Below, piece after piece: positions 11,725 to 24,719 of a stretch of DNA of 64,000 bases. Below the pieces are notes generated by a model. That model did no database searches, was not told the DNA's origin, and saw only the letters and a list, made by a program, of their open reading frames with translations. The DNA lies in contig JBITNC010000001.1 in the NCBI GenBank assembly GCA_050084985.1, positions 8,680,001 to 8,744,000 of the forward strand, given 5' to 3'. The position numbers and the translations under genes were made by a program. This DNA comes from Nageia nagi. Its lineage: Eukaryota; Plantae; Pinophyta. How positions within the stretch are numbered: position 1 is the first letter of the stretch; the number at the start of each line of letters is the position of its first letter.

Positions 11725-12891
11725 CAACAACTTTTTTTTTTCTGTTCTATGAGGCGTTTTTTTGTAGGTCCATACATCATGTTCATGGTTATAAAAAGCC
11801 TTATTTTTGTAGGTATGTGAATCAAGGTTTAGTCCATGTGGCAAAATCAAGCTAGCATAGGTATATAGCCATTGGAGTTTGCTTTTCAGTTTTGATAGTT
11901 AGTAGTTTCTACCTATGAGGTCTTATAATAATACTTTAACCTTGTCCCACCCACTACCATTTTCTTATCGATAAAGGACACCCATGAAGAAGATCATTGT
12001 TTGTCCCTTGGACTGTCAAATCCTTGTGGAGGTTAAATGCCTTTTACTAGGAATGAATAGGCGATAGAGTGGTGAATGTAGATCCCTCCTTTATAAACTT
12101 GACAAATTTGTTGGCAATCACACCCTTTTGAAACTATGGACCTGCCAAAAGAAGCTCACATGGGTTCCTATTCAATTTGTATAATCTCACGAGGTTGTAT
12201 AACCTTGCATGACATTATATAACTCCTAACAACCACCACAATATCCTAATCCTGTATTCGTGTTTTCGGAGGTCTATTACCACAAATTGGGAGTATAATT
12301 TTCAATTAGGAAGAAGTGCTAGATGTTGTTTTTTGTGGAGAATCCTAATTTTGAGGCCTTGCGAGGAACAAAAGCCGCTCCTATTATCTTCTCCTTATTT
12401 TAATGTTTTGGTATTAATTCTTATTCATTTTCATCGTGATGGGGCCTAACAATCTTAAAATCGAGTTCAGTTTGTTTGCCTTTAGATTGTGGAAAGGATC
12501 CTCATTGCTGCTTAATGGATGTTACATCTTTAACTAAGTTGTTTTAAGCATTTTGAAATCCTTACATCATGGCAAGAATGTTCTCTTTTTTTCCATTTAG
12601 GGTGGTGATTTGTGAAAGTTGTTTTTCTAGTTTCTACACTCTAGTGTTCATTTTAGCATATTCTTTAGTCTCATAAGCCATGCAACCAGCAAAAGTATTG
12701 TTGAACACAAAAATCGTTATCAAGAATTTATACCAAAACAATCATTTTTACAAGGGCATTGTAATGGGCTAAGTCTTTAAAAAGTGATTTTTTGAATGTC
12801 ATCTTTTTTTAACGAGAGCCTAGTGTTTGGTATCTAGTAATGAATATAATTCTAGTACTTTACTCTTTTGTTCATTCAAAGGGTTTCTTAG

Positions 12892-14579
12892 TGTTCTCCA
12901 TTGCCTGCAATAGTAGGGTTCTTGAAAGAGCAAAAGGGCGTAGGGAATGCGCTCGTGTTGGTTTTTTGTTCAATCTTCGGATTATAGGCCGGTTTCTATC
13001 TATTGTGAAGGTTAAAAGTAACAAGAAAGAGATAAAAAGGCTAAGAGTAACAAGAAAAAGATGAACACATTAAACAAAGAAAGCAAACTTGACACTAAAT
13101 AGCTCGAGCATTGCAGCACAAACAACAATCCATAACCAAGATTAAGAATAGTAAACTATCTTACCTTTTGGGTCTCGCAATCACAATACACAGCCACAAT
13201 TTAAGATAAGACTTCATAAATAACATTCACAAAGCGTAACAAACAGCCACATGTTGCAAAGGGCAAAGCATTATCAAATTACATTATCACACATGAAAAC
13301 ATCTTACACACTGGGCAAATTTGCTAGAATGTCCGACCTCTTGGACCTATAACAGTCCACTATTTATATAAATTATAGTTGCAATTGTGTTAAATTACAC
13401 AGTGCCAGATTCTGGAAATCTGACATCTCTATGCTATTGTACTTCCCAGCCGCAATCCTTCTGATATTTCTTTGACTAGATCCTCTTGAGATTGTAGTAG
13501 ATTATGAATGCATGGTTTGTCGGCTTGATATGTACGATTTAGCTCTGTGCTTTGTCGGTAGCCATTTAACTGTTTGCAACCATTATTGGTGATCATTGTA
13601 GTTTCGAGTTGCATATAATAATGAGGGCAATGAATATTGTATCATGGATATCCCAGGAAGAATTGCTACTGTCATGTGGTAATGAGTTGTGGTTGACACA
13701 TTGACAGAGCCTCGGGGGTCAATGTGATGGCAGAAACTTGCTTGACGGGTTCTGTTTTCTCTCGACGGGATTTAGTGATGGCAGAAACTTACTTAACACC
13801 CGCCAATTTTAGACATGTTTGACATCATCACTTAAAATCGACGGGTTCTGTTTGGTGGTTCTTTTGAAATATCTTCCGCTGAACATCATAACTCTTGCTG
13901 ATGATTTTCTTGGGACCTGTTGATTTTAAGCAAAAAGTATGATGTCATCGCTCGAAATCGGCAGGCTTTGGACAATGGAATTCTTGAAATATCTGCTGCT
14001 AATTTTCGGCATAAGGCGGAACTTCTGTTTGGAAATCCACAGGCTTTACTATATTACCCGTTGGTGACTTTGACTCAATAGAGATTCTTATCTACAATAC
14101 TTACCGGAAAGATCTAAGTTTCTACAATAATCGGACTTGACTTAGACATTTACTTCCCTTACATGTGTTGGTATCTCTCGGACACGACACATTACTTCCC
14201 GGATATGACTTTGACATATTAACAATAACATATGACTTCAGACTTATGTACAGTTACCGGAAAGTATTAGACATACTATGATCAACCTCCGGGACATATT
14301 ACAACATGCGCTAGATAGTGATTAAGCTTCAAACCAAAATGTTTAAGATTTATTTACATAGATAGTACTCGGACTATTGACATTACCTGGAACTTTCAAA
14401 ACTTAACAAACTCTGACAAAATGACAAAGTACAAAGAATAGACACCTTTCGAATATTTACAAAACGTGAAAGGGGAGAAAGAAGCAGAAATTAAGAATGA
14501 ATTTATTTGAAATTAATGAAAGAATAAAAAATATCAGAATGTTACCCTGTTCTCAGAGTGTGATTTTGAAAGAATAACA
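12892..14579 (-). repeat. 3' LTR of the Tat element (1,688 bp)
   Basis: Aligns along its length with 30872-32695; reverse TATA (TATTTATA) near 13361. Confidence 0.92.
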
Positions 14580-14647
14580 GTCTTTTGGCGGCTCTCGGGG
14601 TCTTAGCCTACTGAAGAATCGAACCTTTTACTTGCTACTCCACCTGC

Positions 14648-17600
14648 CTATCCAGATGAAGCTTTTGAACTGGTCTTAGGTGGCAAAATTAGTTCTGTGG
14701 GGAGCAAAGATCGGAGTTTGGTATACAAATCTTGATAATCTACTTGTGATAAAACAGGGCATGCTTGTAATTTGATTGTGTCCGCTCTGAAACCTGTCCG
14801 CACATTTTCCAATCTTCCGGCATATAGAAACCTTGCAATTGCTTCTTGAGTTGTGTCACTTATTTGCTGTAGATTTGAGATTTGTTTATCAGAGAAAGAC
14901 TGTTCCAAAAATTGAATGGTATTGGCCACCCATTGGTTGGCACTACCCTGTACATCTTGTTCCTCCCATAATTTGGGAGTTTTTAATTCTATTAAAGAAT
15001 GAAAGAATTTGTTAATAAAAACAATCTTTGTCTTCAATTGTTGTTTCTAAATATCTAACCTAAATATCAAGTCCTATAATTCGCAGATGTCCCGACTTTT
15101 CTTTAAAATTGTTTGCCTTTGCCTAGGGGTGATGGTAGCTAGATCCTTTTCGGTCAGGGTTTTCAACCAACTCTACATTCCTTCAATTATTGACCTGGGT
15201 ACACTTAGAGCTAACTTGTGCAAAGTAGCCTAGGTAATACATTGTTGGAGAACTTGTTCTGTTTGATTTTTTAATAAATGCAACTGTGATAGACTCACCA
15301 GTCTTTCTCCTATTTGCTCAACCAGGGATTTTTTGAAGTTTTTCACAATTTGCAGCAGCTTTGTCTTATCATCACTAAGTACTTTGTTTGCTGCTATTGC
15401 CTTTTTCAACTCCTCTTCAGTTTGTTGAGCCTTTTGATTATCTATTACAGCGGCTTGAGCTTTCAGATCTTCCATTGTTTCTTTACATTTTCCTGTCCAA
15501 CTTTTGTAATAAATTCTTATTCTGGTTCTGCAGCCTGGCAATTGTTGTCTTTAAGGGAGTACTCCTTATACTGATCTATCTTCTTATTTAACCTATCAAT
15601 CTTATTTTCCATAGATTGGAGACTTTTGCAGGCCGGCATGGAAGTATTTACAAGCAATCGAGATTGGTCTACAACATCGGGGCAATTTTGATATCTTCCA
15701 TTTCTATTACTCTACTCAAAATTCTAGACTATTGCTCTGGTAGCATAGGTGGTTTATTTACAAATGTTGCCCAATGAATGGGCTGTATTATCCGAGTTGA
15801 AAAAATACTTCTTATTTCCTCTTGTGAGGCTGTAGAAAAAAGAATCAAAGAATGTGGAATTGCACATGTCCTTGAAGTGGATGCCGGTGTGTCTTGTGGA
15901 GGCTCTTGTATTGTCTTCTGAGAGGAAACTAAAATTTCAACTTCCTCCTCTTCTTCTTCTAAAGGTTTTTCCTTCTCAGGAGTCTTATCCATTGGGTCGG
16001 ATTCTTTTTCTTTCTTAGGATCCTTATCATCATCGTTGTCTCCATCTCCACTCGCTTCACCCCCAACTGCTGTGGCACTAGCCATTCTGAGTACATTGCC
16101 TCCTTGCTGTACCTCATCCCTTGTTTCTTCCCGTACATCCTAGTAGACGATAGTGTCTGTGTTTTGGGGTCCTTGAGTTTCTTCAGCATCAAACATCTTT
16201 GTTTCTCTTGTGATTGCTTCCGACATTTCTTGACTCATTCTAGGTGACGGAGTTTGTGCACTCCTAGCTGCCAATGGTTGTGTGGTTCAGGGTTTCTTTT
16301 TGGGTATCTCTTCCTTCTCCGGGGCTTGTTGTTTTTGAGTCTATGCCAAAAGATGGACTCTTCTCCTTTTTGGGGAAGACTCCCAAGAAACAATAGCTGT
16401 TTCATCTTGACTTTTCTTCTTATTCTTTAGCGGCTACTGTGAACCAAATGGTTCACGTGTCTCTTCTCTTTTCGTTGACCCCTGTGCCCTTTGAGCCTTG
16501 GGCTTTGTCACCCTATTTAGATATTCCTTGAAAATTCGATGGGATTGGTTTACCTTTTTCTGGCAATGGGTCTTGCATGTACTGAGCTTCCCAGTACTTA
16601 TTATATTGAAACTCACCAAAAGGCTGTTCTTCAACATGATGAACCTTAGTGGTATATTCAAATCGAAATTTGGTGAAATAATCAATTTTGTTGGGGCCCC
16701 AACCCAACTCATCTCTTAACTAGGTAAAAACTTCCGGGTTGAGGGCAAACTCTTGCCGCCTAACCTCCCAGTTTCTGTATTTTTTGATACCCTCGAGGGT
16801 TAACCAGGCCTTATTCAAAGCTCCAATTTCCCACTTTGGGGACTCCTCAGCTTCTTGTTCAAATTGATTGACAAAATATTCAACATGGGGCTGGGGCTCA
16901 TGAACAAAAGTTGGGCGCTTCTTATTTGACCTTATAATCTTTGTAATTTCTCCTGGTGGGTCATATGCCCAAGGGGAATCTGCCATTTCTAACTTGAAAT
17001 TTTGTACAATAAAATTAGCTATACTATCTTTACAATCTATTTCTAGCAATGTAAAATTTTCAGTAGTTGCCGACATATTTACAATGGGCTTGAAATTACC
17101 CCTAGACCCATATTTTGTTTCTATAGCATGCATTTGCCAACCCATTTCTATAGAATGCACTTGGGTAGTAACAAATTTTGGTAGGAAAAATGGGTTCTCA
17201 AAATACCCATATCTTATAATAACAGTTCTGTTCTTCAAGAAGTACCAATCACCTATCTTATTGCCACCTTGCAATTTTCGCATGGTCGACTGACATAACC
17301 TATGGGGAGCCTTTCCTGTTAGAATCTGCACCACCGGTGCATAGAATTTCTCCATAAATTCATAATATGACCCATGTAGCTTGGTCAATATAGGGACTCT
17401 CAAATCAATTGGCGTAGGTGCCATGGTCAGGGTTGCAGGTTCAACTTGAAGTCCTCCTTCCACCAATGCCTCCAGATTTTGGTGGACTATGAGCCACCAT
17501 AGATAGGAAGAATGCCAGAAATTTGATTTTTCTATTTTAAAGAGATTCTTCCTTATCTCATTTGAAATGAACGTAGGAAAATCATAGAAGACATGGGCCT

Positions 17601-17762
17601 CTATGATATTGTAGGCCATTCTCATCATGGCCTCATCAACCTCTATTTGGGTCTTCTTCCCAAGAATGATCGCTAATGTTTGCAAGACCTTTCTATCTCG
17701 AGACTTCTTGAAGGAGGCGATATCATAACTATGCATAATCTTTGTGCATCTACCATCATACC
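14648..17762 (-). pseudogene. C-terminal part of the Tat element's accessory ORF (unknown function; acidic and coiled-coil C-terminus)
   Basis: Colinear ORF pieces 16720-17762, 16513-16707, 15729-16085, 15230-15541 and 14648-15037, separated by stops and frameshifts. Homologous to the ORF at 19393-22546. Confidence 0.75.
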
Positions 17763-18065
17763 TGTTGTGACTAAAATACAACATGCTCCAAAATCCTATG
17801 ATTTTGGGGACCCTCAAGCACACCTTTGTATATACTTCGATTTGTCGTTGTCTTCACTCCACATGTTGCGTCACCGAGACCCTAATTCATGGACTACTCA
17901 TAGTTCATAGCCTCTCCCTTCATTAGAGTTAGCTAGGATAAAATAGAAATTGCAAATTCCTTAGAATGGCTAAGCCTAGGAAGAGTAAAAGTTGAATCTA
18001 GGTGAATTAGGAAGTCCAAGATAAGCCATAAGCTGATCAAGTCAAACTAGGCATTCCCAAGGGCT

Positions 18066-19007
18066 GGCGCATGCTTCAAAAAGACAGAATTGTCTTTTTG
18101 AACCATGCGACTGGGCTAAGGGGTCGTCCAGGTGAGAGGGAAGGTTCGAATATGAAGTCTGGGCACTTACAAGCCCAACGCATGCCTCCAGGAGACAAAA
18201 CTTGGAATTTCGTGAGTATATGCTAGAGATAGGAAGTATTCTGGACCAGAAGAAGGCGCAATAATCCTAAGGCAAAGACACTAGGAGGCTAGTGCATGCT
18301 TCTTTTTGAACCATGCGATTTGGCTAAGAGGACAAGTTGAGCAAGTTTGGATGCTGGAAAAAGAATCTAAGTCACCTAGGAGGTTGGCACATGCCTCAAA
18401 AAGACAAAATCTTGTCTTTTTGAACTATGCGCCAAGCTTGGAAGGGTTTTCAATTCGACAGAAAGTGAAAATTTGACAACACATGGACCTGGGGAACTCA
18501 AAACCAATTCAAGCATATCTAGGGGGGCTAGCGTATGATCTCAAAAGACAATTTTTTGACTTTTTGAGGCATGTGCCAAGCCCAGGAAGCCTCTAGGATT
18601 CGAGAAGCATGAAAATTCGGCTAAGGCATGAGCATTTGAAGGTCAAAATTCGCAAAATAGGCCAATAGGAGGCTGATGCATGTTTCAAAAAGACAAAATA
18701 TTGTCTTTTTGAACCATGTGACCAAGCTGGAGTGGCAAGCAAGCCTGGCGCAACCTCAAAAAGTCACAATCTTGACTTTTGAAAGCATGCGCCAAGCCTA
18801 CAGGTTGCCCAATTTGAAACGAAGCATCAAAATTGATAAATTCAGCCAATTGCAAGACCAAAAATCAGAGAAATCAGGTTAATGGGTGAGTTGGAAGATC
18901 AAAGCAAGCAAGCACATGACTAGGAGACCCAACGTTGGGAGCATACTCCCTTCCAGGGTTGGCGCATGGTTTAAAAAGTCACCTTTCTGTCTTTTTGTCC
19001 ATGCGCC
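18066..19007. repeat. About eight dispersed ~45-bp imperfect palindromes GGCGCATGnnTCAAAAAGACA..TGTCTTTTTGAnnCATGCGCC
   Basis: Copies near 18066, 18179 (degenerate), 18292 (centre deleted), 18386, 18531, 18676, 18747 and 18961. Confidence 0.85.
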
Positions 19008-19163
19008 AAGCTTGGATGACCTTCTGGACCCCAACGTCTGGACACAAGAGGCTTGGCATGAGTTTTCGAACTGGCACACATCTCGAGGTCAACCAGATAG
19101 AGGGCTATGATTAGGTTTGATAGAAACCCCAGCCGACTAGGGCAAGGTGGGAGACAAATTGGC

Positions 19164-19171
19164 TATAAATA
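19164..19171 (+). promoter_or_regulatory. Putative TATA box (TATAAATA) of the ORF inside the 5.9-kb unit
   Basis: CTATAAATA lies about 230 nt upstream of ATG 19393 and downstream of the palindrome array. Confidence 0.5.
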
Positions 19172-19392
19172 CAAGCTTTGGGACCTCAGTTTCCCATATT
19201 CAAAATTTGCTCCACTTCTACCCTTGCACCAAAATAGCAGGAAATTGCAAATTTTTGCATCCAAACATCTTCATTAGTGCATCTTAGGGCTTGCGCAAGC
19301 ATTTGGGAGGGTAGCTACCATTACGTGAGGGTTATTCTCACTTGGAAACCCACGTAGCATCCTTGGTGAGCCACGTTCCAATTGAAAATACC

Positions 19393-22300
19393 ATGACTCC
19401 CTCCAAGGGCAATTCGACTCCTAACTTTGCTAGGGACCTCGAGTGGTTGAAATAAGATTGCATTATCTCCATTCTTGAAGGACAATAAGCCCTTTCCCAA
19501 GGGCCCAGGTTCTCAAGGAACGGTTTTGCAACCATCGGAGATACTAACTGGCAAAACATAGATCCCATGGAGATGAGGGAGAGCATTCATGGGCCTCCTT
19601 CCACTGACCTAAAGCAGGACATTGTCTTCTCCGGGCTCTCCACCTGCACCTTCATCCTGTTCATAGCTCCATTCCCTGAGTTGTGCATGGAAGTCGATCA
19701 CCATTGGCAGAAGGGAGAGAGAATCCTCCGAGACATCATTATATACTTTCGCCCTGAAGCTATTAAAGCAGCATTTCAATGGACTTCCAAGGGTGACTAT
19801 GAATATAGCGAAGCTAGGTCACTCACATACTACCAAGAGACTCCTAGGGCATCCATCACTATTAAGAGTTGGATGTTTGAAGAACATCACGGGTTGAAGG
19901 GAAATGCACTCATCAATGCTTCTCGCTTTAACTTCTACCGGGTAGTCAAGTTAATGATTCTCCTGTTATCCAAAGTTTTCGGGAAGGAAGATGCTTCAAA
20001 ATTCAGGAAGGAGTTCTTTGGGTTCATTCTTGAGATTGTTAGAGGCAAAAGGATTCGATGGAGCAAGGTGTTGAGCGATTCAATTGCCGATCAATTGTCA
20101 TCCATTGATACAACTCCTAAATTCTACCTCAGTTCATACTTGGTATACATGTTGCTCCACGGCAAATACAGGGTTACAGCGTAGGGTGAGACAACTTGGG
20201 TAGAAAGAGGAACTTACTCCATTTGGAAGTGCTATCCCAAGTGGAAGTTAGAGAGAAGGTGGGACAATTTTACAATGAAAAACGATGGATGGGAATATGA
20301 GATATATAAGGAACTTAAGGGAGAGATCATAGTGGCACAAATATCCAATTCCGCCCAAGATGCTTTGAAGAAGCATGGCAATTTCTTCCTCCATCACCAA
20401 CACTTCTCTTACATTCGTATACATGGATCAGCTGTACAGCCCTATCAATTGCCAAGGTTCGTGAATAACAGGATTTTGCTAATGGAGATGATGAGGCAAT
20501 TGGCCTTTTTACATCAAATCTTCCGATCGCTGTGGGAGAATACTAGTGTAAGTTCTGGATTGATGTGGATGCTATGAAAGAAGAGTTGGCTAGGTTAAAC
20601 TTCAAAAGGATGCTTTCCATCGACCACTATGATCCGGACCACAAGTTGCACTTATTCTTCATGAAGGAAAGGAAGAAACCCTATGAACATAAGCCACTTA
20701 AAGATGAGGAACTTTTTCGGAATATCAGCAATGACTTAGAGATCAAGAGGATAAGAGAAAGGGTACACAAGAATGCAAGTGATGAGCAACCCATGTGGAA
20801 GCCACAACTAGCAAGAGACTCTCGTGGAACAAAGGAAGAAGAACTCAAGAGTCTACTTCCAGGGTCACCTAGTCTTCTCCAGTAAACAAGATAACTATTG
20901 GGCAGTGTACAACCATGCATGGTAAGAACCCAGTTGAATGAGTTGTAAGGCAAGTGCAGGCCATCATGGATGAGCATGATGCGAGAGAACTAGAGCAGGT
21001 AGCCACAACAAGGTAGTAAGGTGTGTGTGAAATAGACATCAAGATCCTTCTCCACCACCTAGACCACTTAGAGTCACCTTAGTTGCGACGTCACTTGTTG
21101 TACCACCATCTGGGTCAGTAGCCTCCAGTCCCTCTTATAGGCCTGATGAAAACCAAGAGGAAGGAAAGATTGGAGTATTGGAGGATGAACAGGAGCAGAA
21201 TATGGTCCAGGATGAGGAGATCCTTGATGCGTAGTGACAAGATGTGTATCTGGAGATTTTAGATGAGACTCATAGGCATACAATGTCAAGGCTATCTATA
21301 GAGAGAAGTAGAGAACCAATTTCAGAGACAGTATAGAGGATTCAATTGAAGAGGACTCGGTAGTCCCAGGCCACAGGAGCTTTAGATGATCAACATGATG
21401 AACAGGAAGAGAGACCCTCAAAGAGAATAAAGAGGAACATCATTGCCAATCAAGATGCCGTTGTGGACACTTATCAGCCATCACCCACGGATGAGTGGGG
21501 TGTCAACATGGAGGAGTGCCTTGATGTGTTCAACATGTACGTCGGAAAAGAATTTGGAGCAAGGGAAAAGGATGACCAATTAGGAGAAAGCTCCACCCAT
21601 CCAGGAAAATCCCAGACGTATGTCCACTTGGCCGATAATGCTATACACATTAAGACTATTATAGCTGACAAGGAGAACCCACAATGCCCAGAAGACCTCA
21701 GGCAGATTACCCAAATCGTTCATACAGGTCCGATCGGTTTGGCTGGTCGGAAACATATAATCATCTCCAATGTTGAGGCCATCACCAAAGATGGTATGAT
21801 GAAAGATAAGGAGATTAAGGGCCTCAAGAAGGAGTTAGCCGCATAGAAGAAGTTGACAAAGGAATTGGAGTCGGCTAAGGTACCCATCGAAGAACTTCGA
21901 AAGATCAAGCCACTAAAGGAGAGTATGATTGCAGTGAAACAAAAGCACACAGTATTGGAGCATTGGAGAGGGTAGCACTCGAGGAGTAGAAGCTCAAAGA
22001 TATCATTATGGAGAGAACCAGTTTTCTCAGAGTCTTGGATCCCAGGCGACACATGATCATGCAGTTTGAGATGACACATAATTGCAGGTCAGAAGACGTG
22101 AAGTTCGGCAAAGAATATTGGTTCTATTTGGGTGTGGTCAATCAAATGGTCACTCGATTCCAAGAGATGCAAAAGGATGTGCAGAAGCTCAATGAAAAAG
22201 TGCAAACACTTGCCTTGAGCAAATGGAGTTCCTGGTAAAGTTCGTTGATAATGATGCGAGCAATCGAGATAGAGACCTAGTGGTGGCAGACGTGAGGCAC

Positions 22301-22546
22301 TTTCTTCATGGCTTGATTATGACTGAAGATATCAACACATTCCAGACTGGCAGTTACTTGGAGCATTTGCTTAAAGCTCATGCATGCGAGAAGGATATGT
22401 TGAGGATAGTAGACAAGGTGGAGTGCTACATGGCCAAGAACAAGCCCAGGTTATCAGAGATACTGCATGGATTGAAGCTTACAGCTAAATTCCTAGACGA
22501 CGACTTTGAGGGGCGTGTAGAGGCGTTGGGCCCACCAAACGCCTAG
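19393..22546 (+). pseudogene. Degenerate ~1,000-codon accessory ORF, homologous to the Tat accessory ORF
   Basis: ATG 19393 is in frame with 19567-20184; colinear pieces continue to 22546. Shared motifs with 16720-17762: FYLSSYLVYMLLH/FWHSSYLWWLIVH, PYQLPRF/PFFLPKF, YDP. Confidence 0.8.
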
Positions 22547-23661
22547 TCACAATACTTGTTATATTTTATTTCATAGTTATGATTGGAAATTTAATTTTAT
22601 TTGTTAATAATTCCCAAGTTTGTGATGGATGAGGATTTGCTCCCACAAACTTGGAAGATATCTTGTGACGCCATGTGGCGTATTTTGATTGGACCATATT
22701 TTATTTTCTCGTAAGTTGCAATTAGGGTTAAGGCAAAATTTAGAGTTGCTCTAAAACTATATATAGCCCGTTTCGGGTCATTTGTAGGGGATTAGACATT
22801 TTGTAAAAAATTGGACTACTTAACACTATTCTTCCAAACTTGCAAGTTTCTTTTTTTTTGCCATTGTGATATAAATCTCAAGTAATTGAAGTGAGCATGT
22901 TCTTATTTGAGACTATGGATGTCATTGTATGTTATTTCTCTATGCTATCTTGAATGTTTGGTTCAGTTTGTAAATCTTCTAAAAGGTGGACAAAAGAGTG
23001 CTTGTAGATCCTACGAAACATTCTAAGTGGTGTGTGGTTGTAGCATTCCGTAGTTTGCACTTTGGATTAGTGTCTTCCAAGAGAACTCGCATATGTTGTT
23101 TAACTTAGGAACTTCATTCCGTCATTGAGTCTTACCCCATCCTATCCTACCTTTCCATCGCTTTAGCTTCAAGCTCCCCTTGATGAGGTATTCATGTTGT
23201 TGCCTCACAAGTCGGATCGGGAATGCATGGAACCTAAAACAAATCCATGAGAGTCAAGTCTCTAAAATTCACACTAATCGGTGAGAACATTGCCCTAGAG
23301 CCCCATTCATATATCATTGTCTCTTCATAAACCCCTTTTCTTTATTTTTCCATTTTTTACGTGGCTTTCGCAACTAACTCCTTTTATTTTTTTATTTTTC
23401 TTCAAGAAACAACCTAACTGGATTAGAGAGACCCTTCGAGTCCTTGAGTAACAAATTTCATTTGAGTTGGTAATAGCTTAAAACTACTCTACCAAACCAC
23501 CTAAGTAAGCTCATGTACCCTTCACTTTCTAACCTTTGAGGTGAACAATCCTCATAGCGGGTAGAGGTAACGCCCTACCACTCAGGTGTTGGAGTCTTTC
23601 TACTAAGCCCTGCGATACTACTTGCCAAACTGTAGGGGTAGGAATGAAAAAGCCCCCAACA

Positions 23662-24245
23662 ATACCTTTTGTCAATCCAATCTAGCATCTCTACTTCATT
23701 CCTGTAAAAGTCCTCACGCTTTAGATCAATTTGTTTTTTAACGTGGAAGGTCTAGTCGGTTGGGATTGCAAGTGCATGCACAATAGCTTTGGGGGAGTTA
23801 TCCAGGATTATCTCGGGTCCATATCCGGATTCTACTTTCTTTGGTTGCTGCTCCTTGAAAGCCTTGATTTCATACCATTGTTGGCCATGCCTGAGCACGA
23901 TAGCATACAACAACTCAGTACAGGTGAAAGATTCGTAGGGCACATCATATGCAAGGCTCTTGTCTATCATGACGTCCCTCTTGGACTCAGCCAGCAATTT
24001 ACCTTTACCTGCAACCTCGGGCTTTAGGTGCTACAATAGGATCCTCATGGGATCGGCGCACTAGGTATCCATATGATTGATGACCCCCATCTCCGTCCAG
24101 TTGATGCCAAGAGCATTCTCCAAATATTCATCTTGAATTGCGATGAGTCAACGTCCACCCCCTCATGTTCAGTCATAGCTAGTTCCTTGGTTGCTGTCAT
24201 AGTGTCTACTATTTTCTTTGCAGCACGAGCTAGCATACAAAACAT
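23662..24245 (-). pseudogene. N-terminal part of the Tat accessory ORF
   Basis: ORF pieces 24045-24257 and 23752-23997 continue past a stop to WIDKRY at the TSD, in frame with the part left of the insertion. Confidence 0.7.
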
Positions 24246-24719
24246 GCAAACTTGCAATATTAAGCTCTGTGACTCTCTTCTTCCTCACTTAACTTGCTCT
24301 GTAGGTTCTAAGTTCTGGTTCTCTCGGAAACTTGTGCTTTGAAATTTGCTAAGTGAAGAATAGGAGGGTTAGGGAGTATGTTTTATTTGCTTAAGGTTTG
24401 TAATTGATGTCTATTAATGGCAATTAATGACCAAGGAATGTTGGGGTTGGTGTGAAGTACAGTGCCATGGATGATAGGGGAGTACATTAGTTTGAAGCGT
24501 GCCAAATTTAAACTGAGAGATAGGGTGCAGCTGGTGGGTTTTCCAAGGAGATCTCCTTCTTAAATGTTGTCCTTTTGATTGAACAATTTACATTAAACAA
24601 TCCTAACTCCACACCATACTTAGTTAATTTATGGCTACCTACCTCTTTAGAAAATGTGCCTAAGCTACAGGAGAATGTACAAACAATAAATGATTTTTTT
24701 TTGGAAGATAACAACATTT

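Larger units (their letters stand above)
17763..23661 (+). mobile_element. 5,899-bp solo-LTR-like insertion containing a protein-coding gene and no gag-pol
   Basis: Ends TGTTG...CAACA with perfect 5-bp TSD ATACC (17758-17762 / 23662-23666). Removing it restores the host frame (WIDKRY-DGRCTK). No direct terminal repeats. Confidence 0.88.

Noticed and set aside
17864-17870. Alternative left end (TGTTGCG) for the 5.9-kb insertion
   Set aside because: Gives no 5-bp TSD; 17763 gives a perfect ATACC TSD, restores the host frame and matches the copy ending at 1569.
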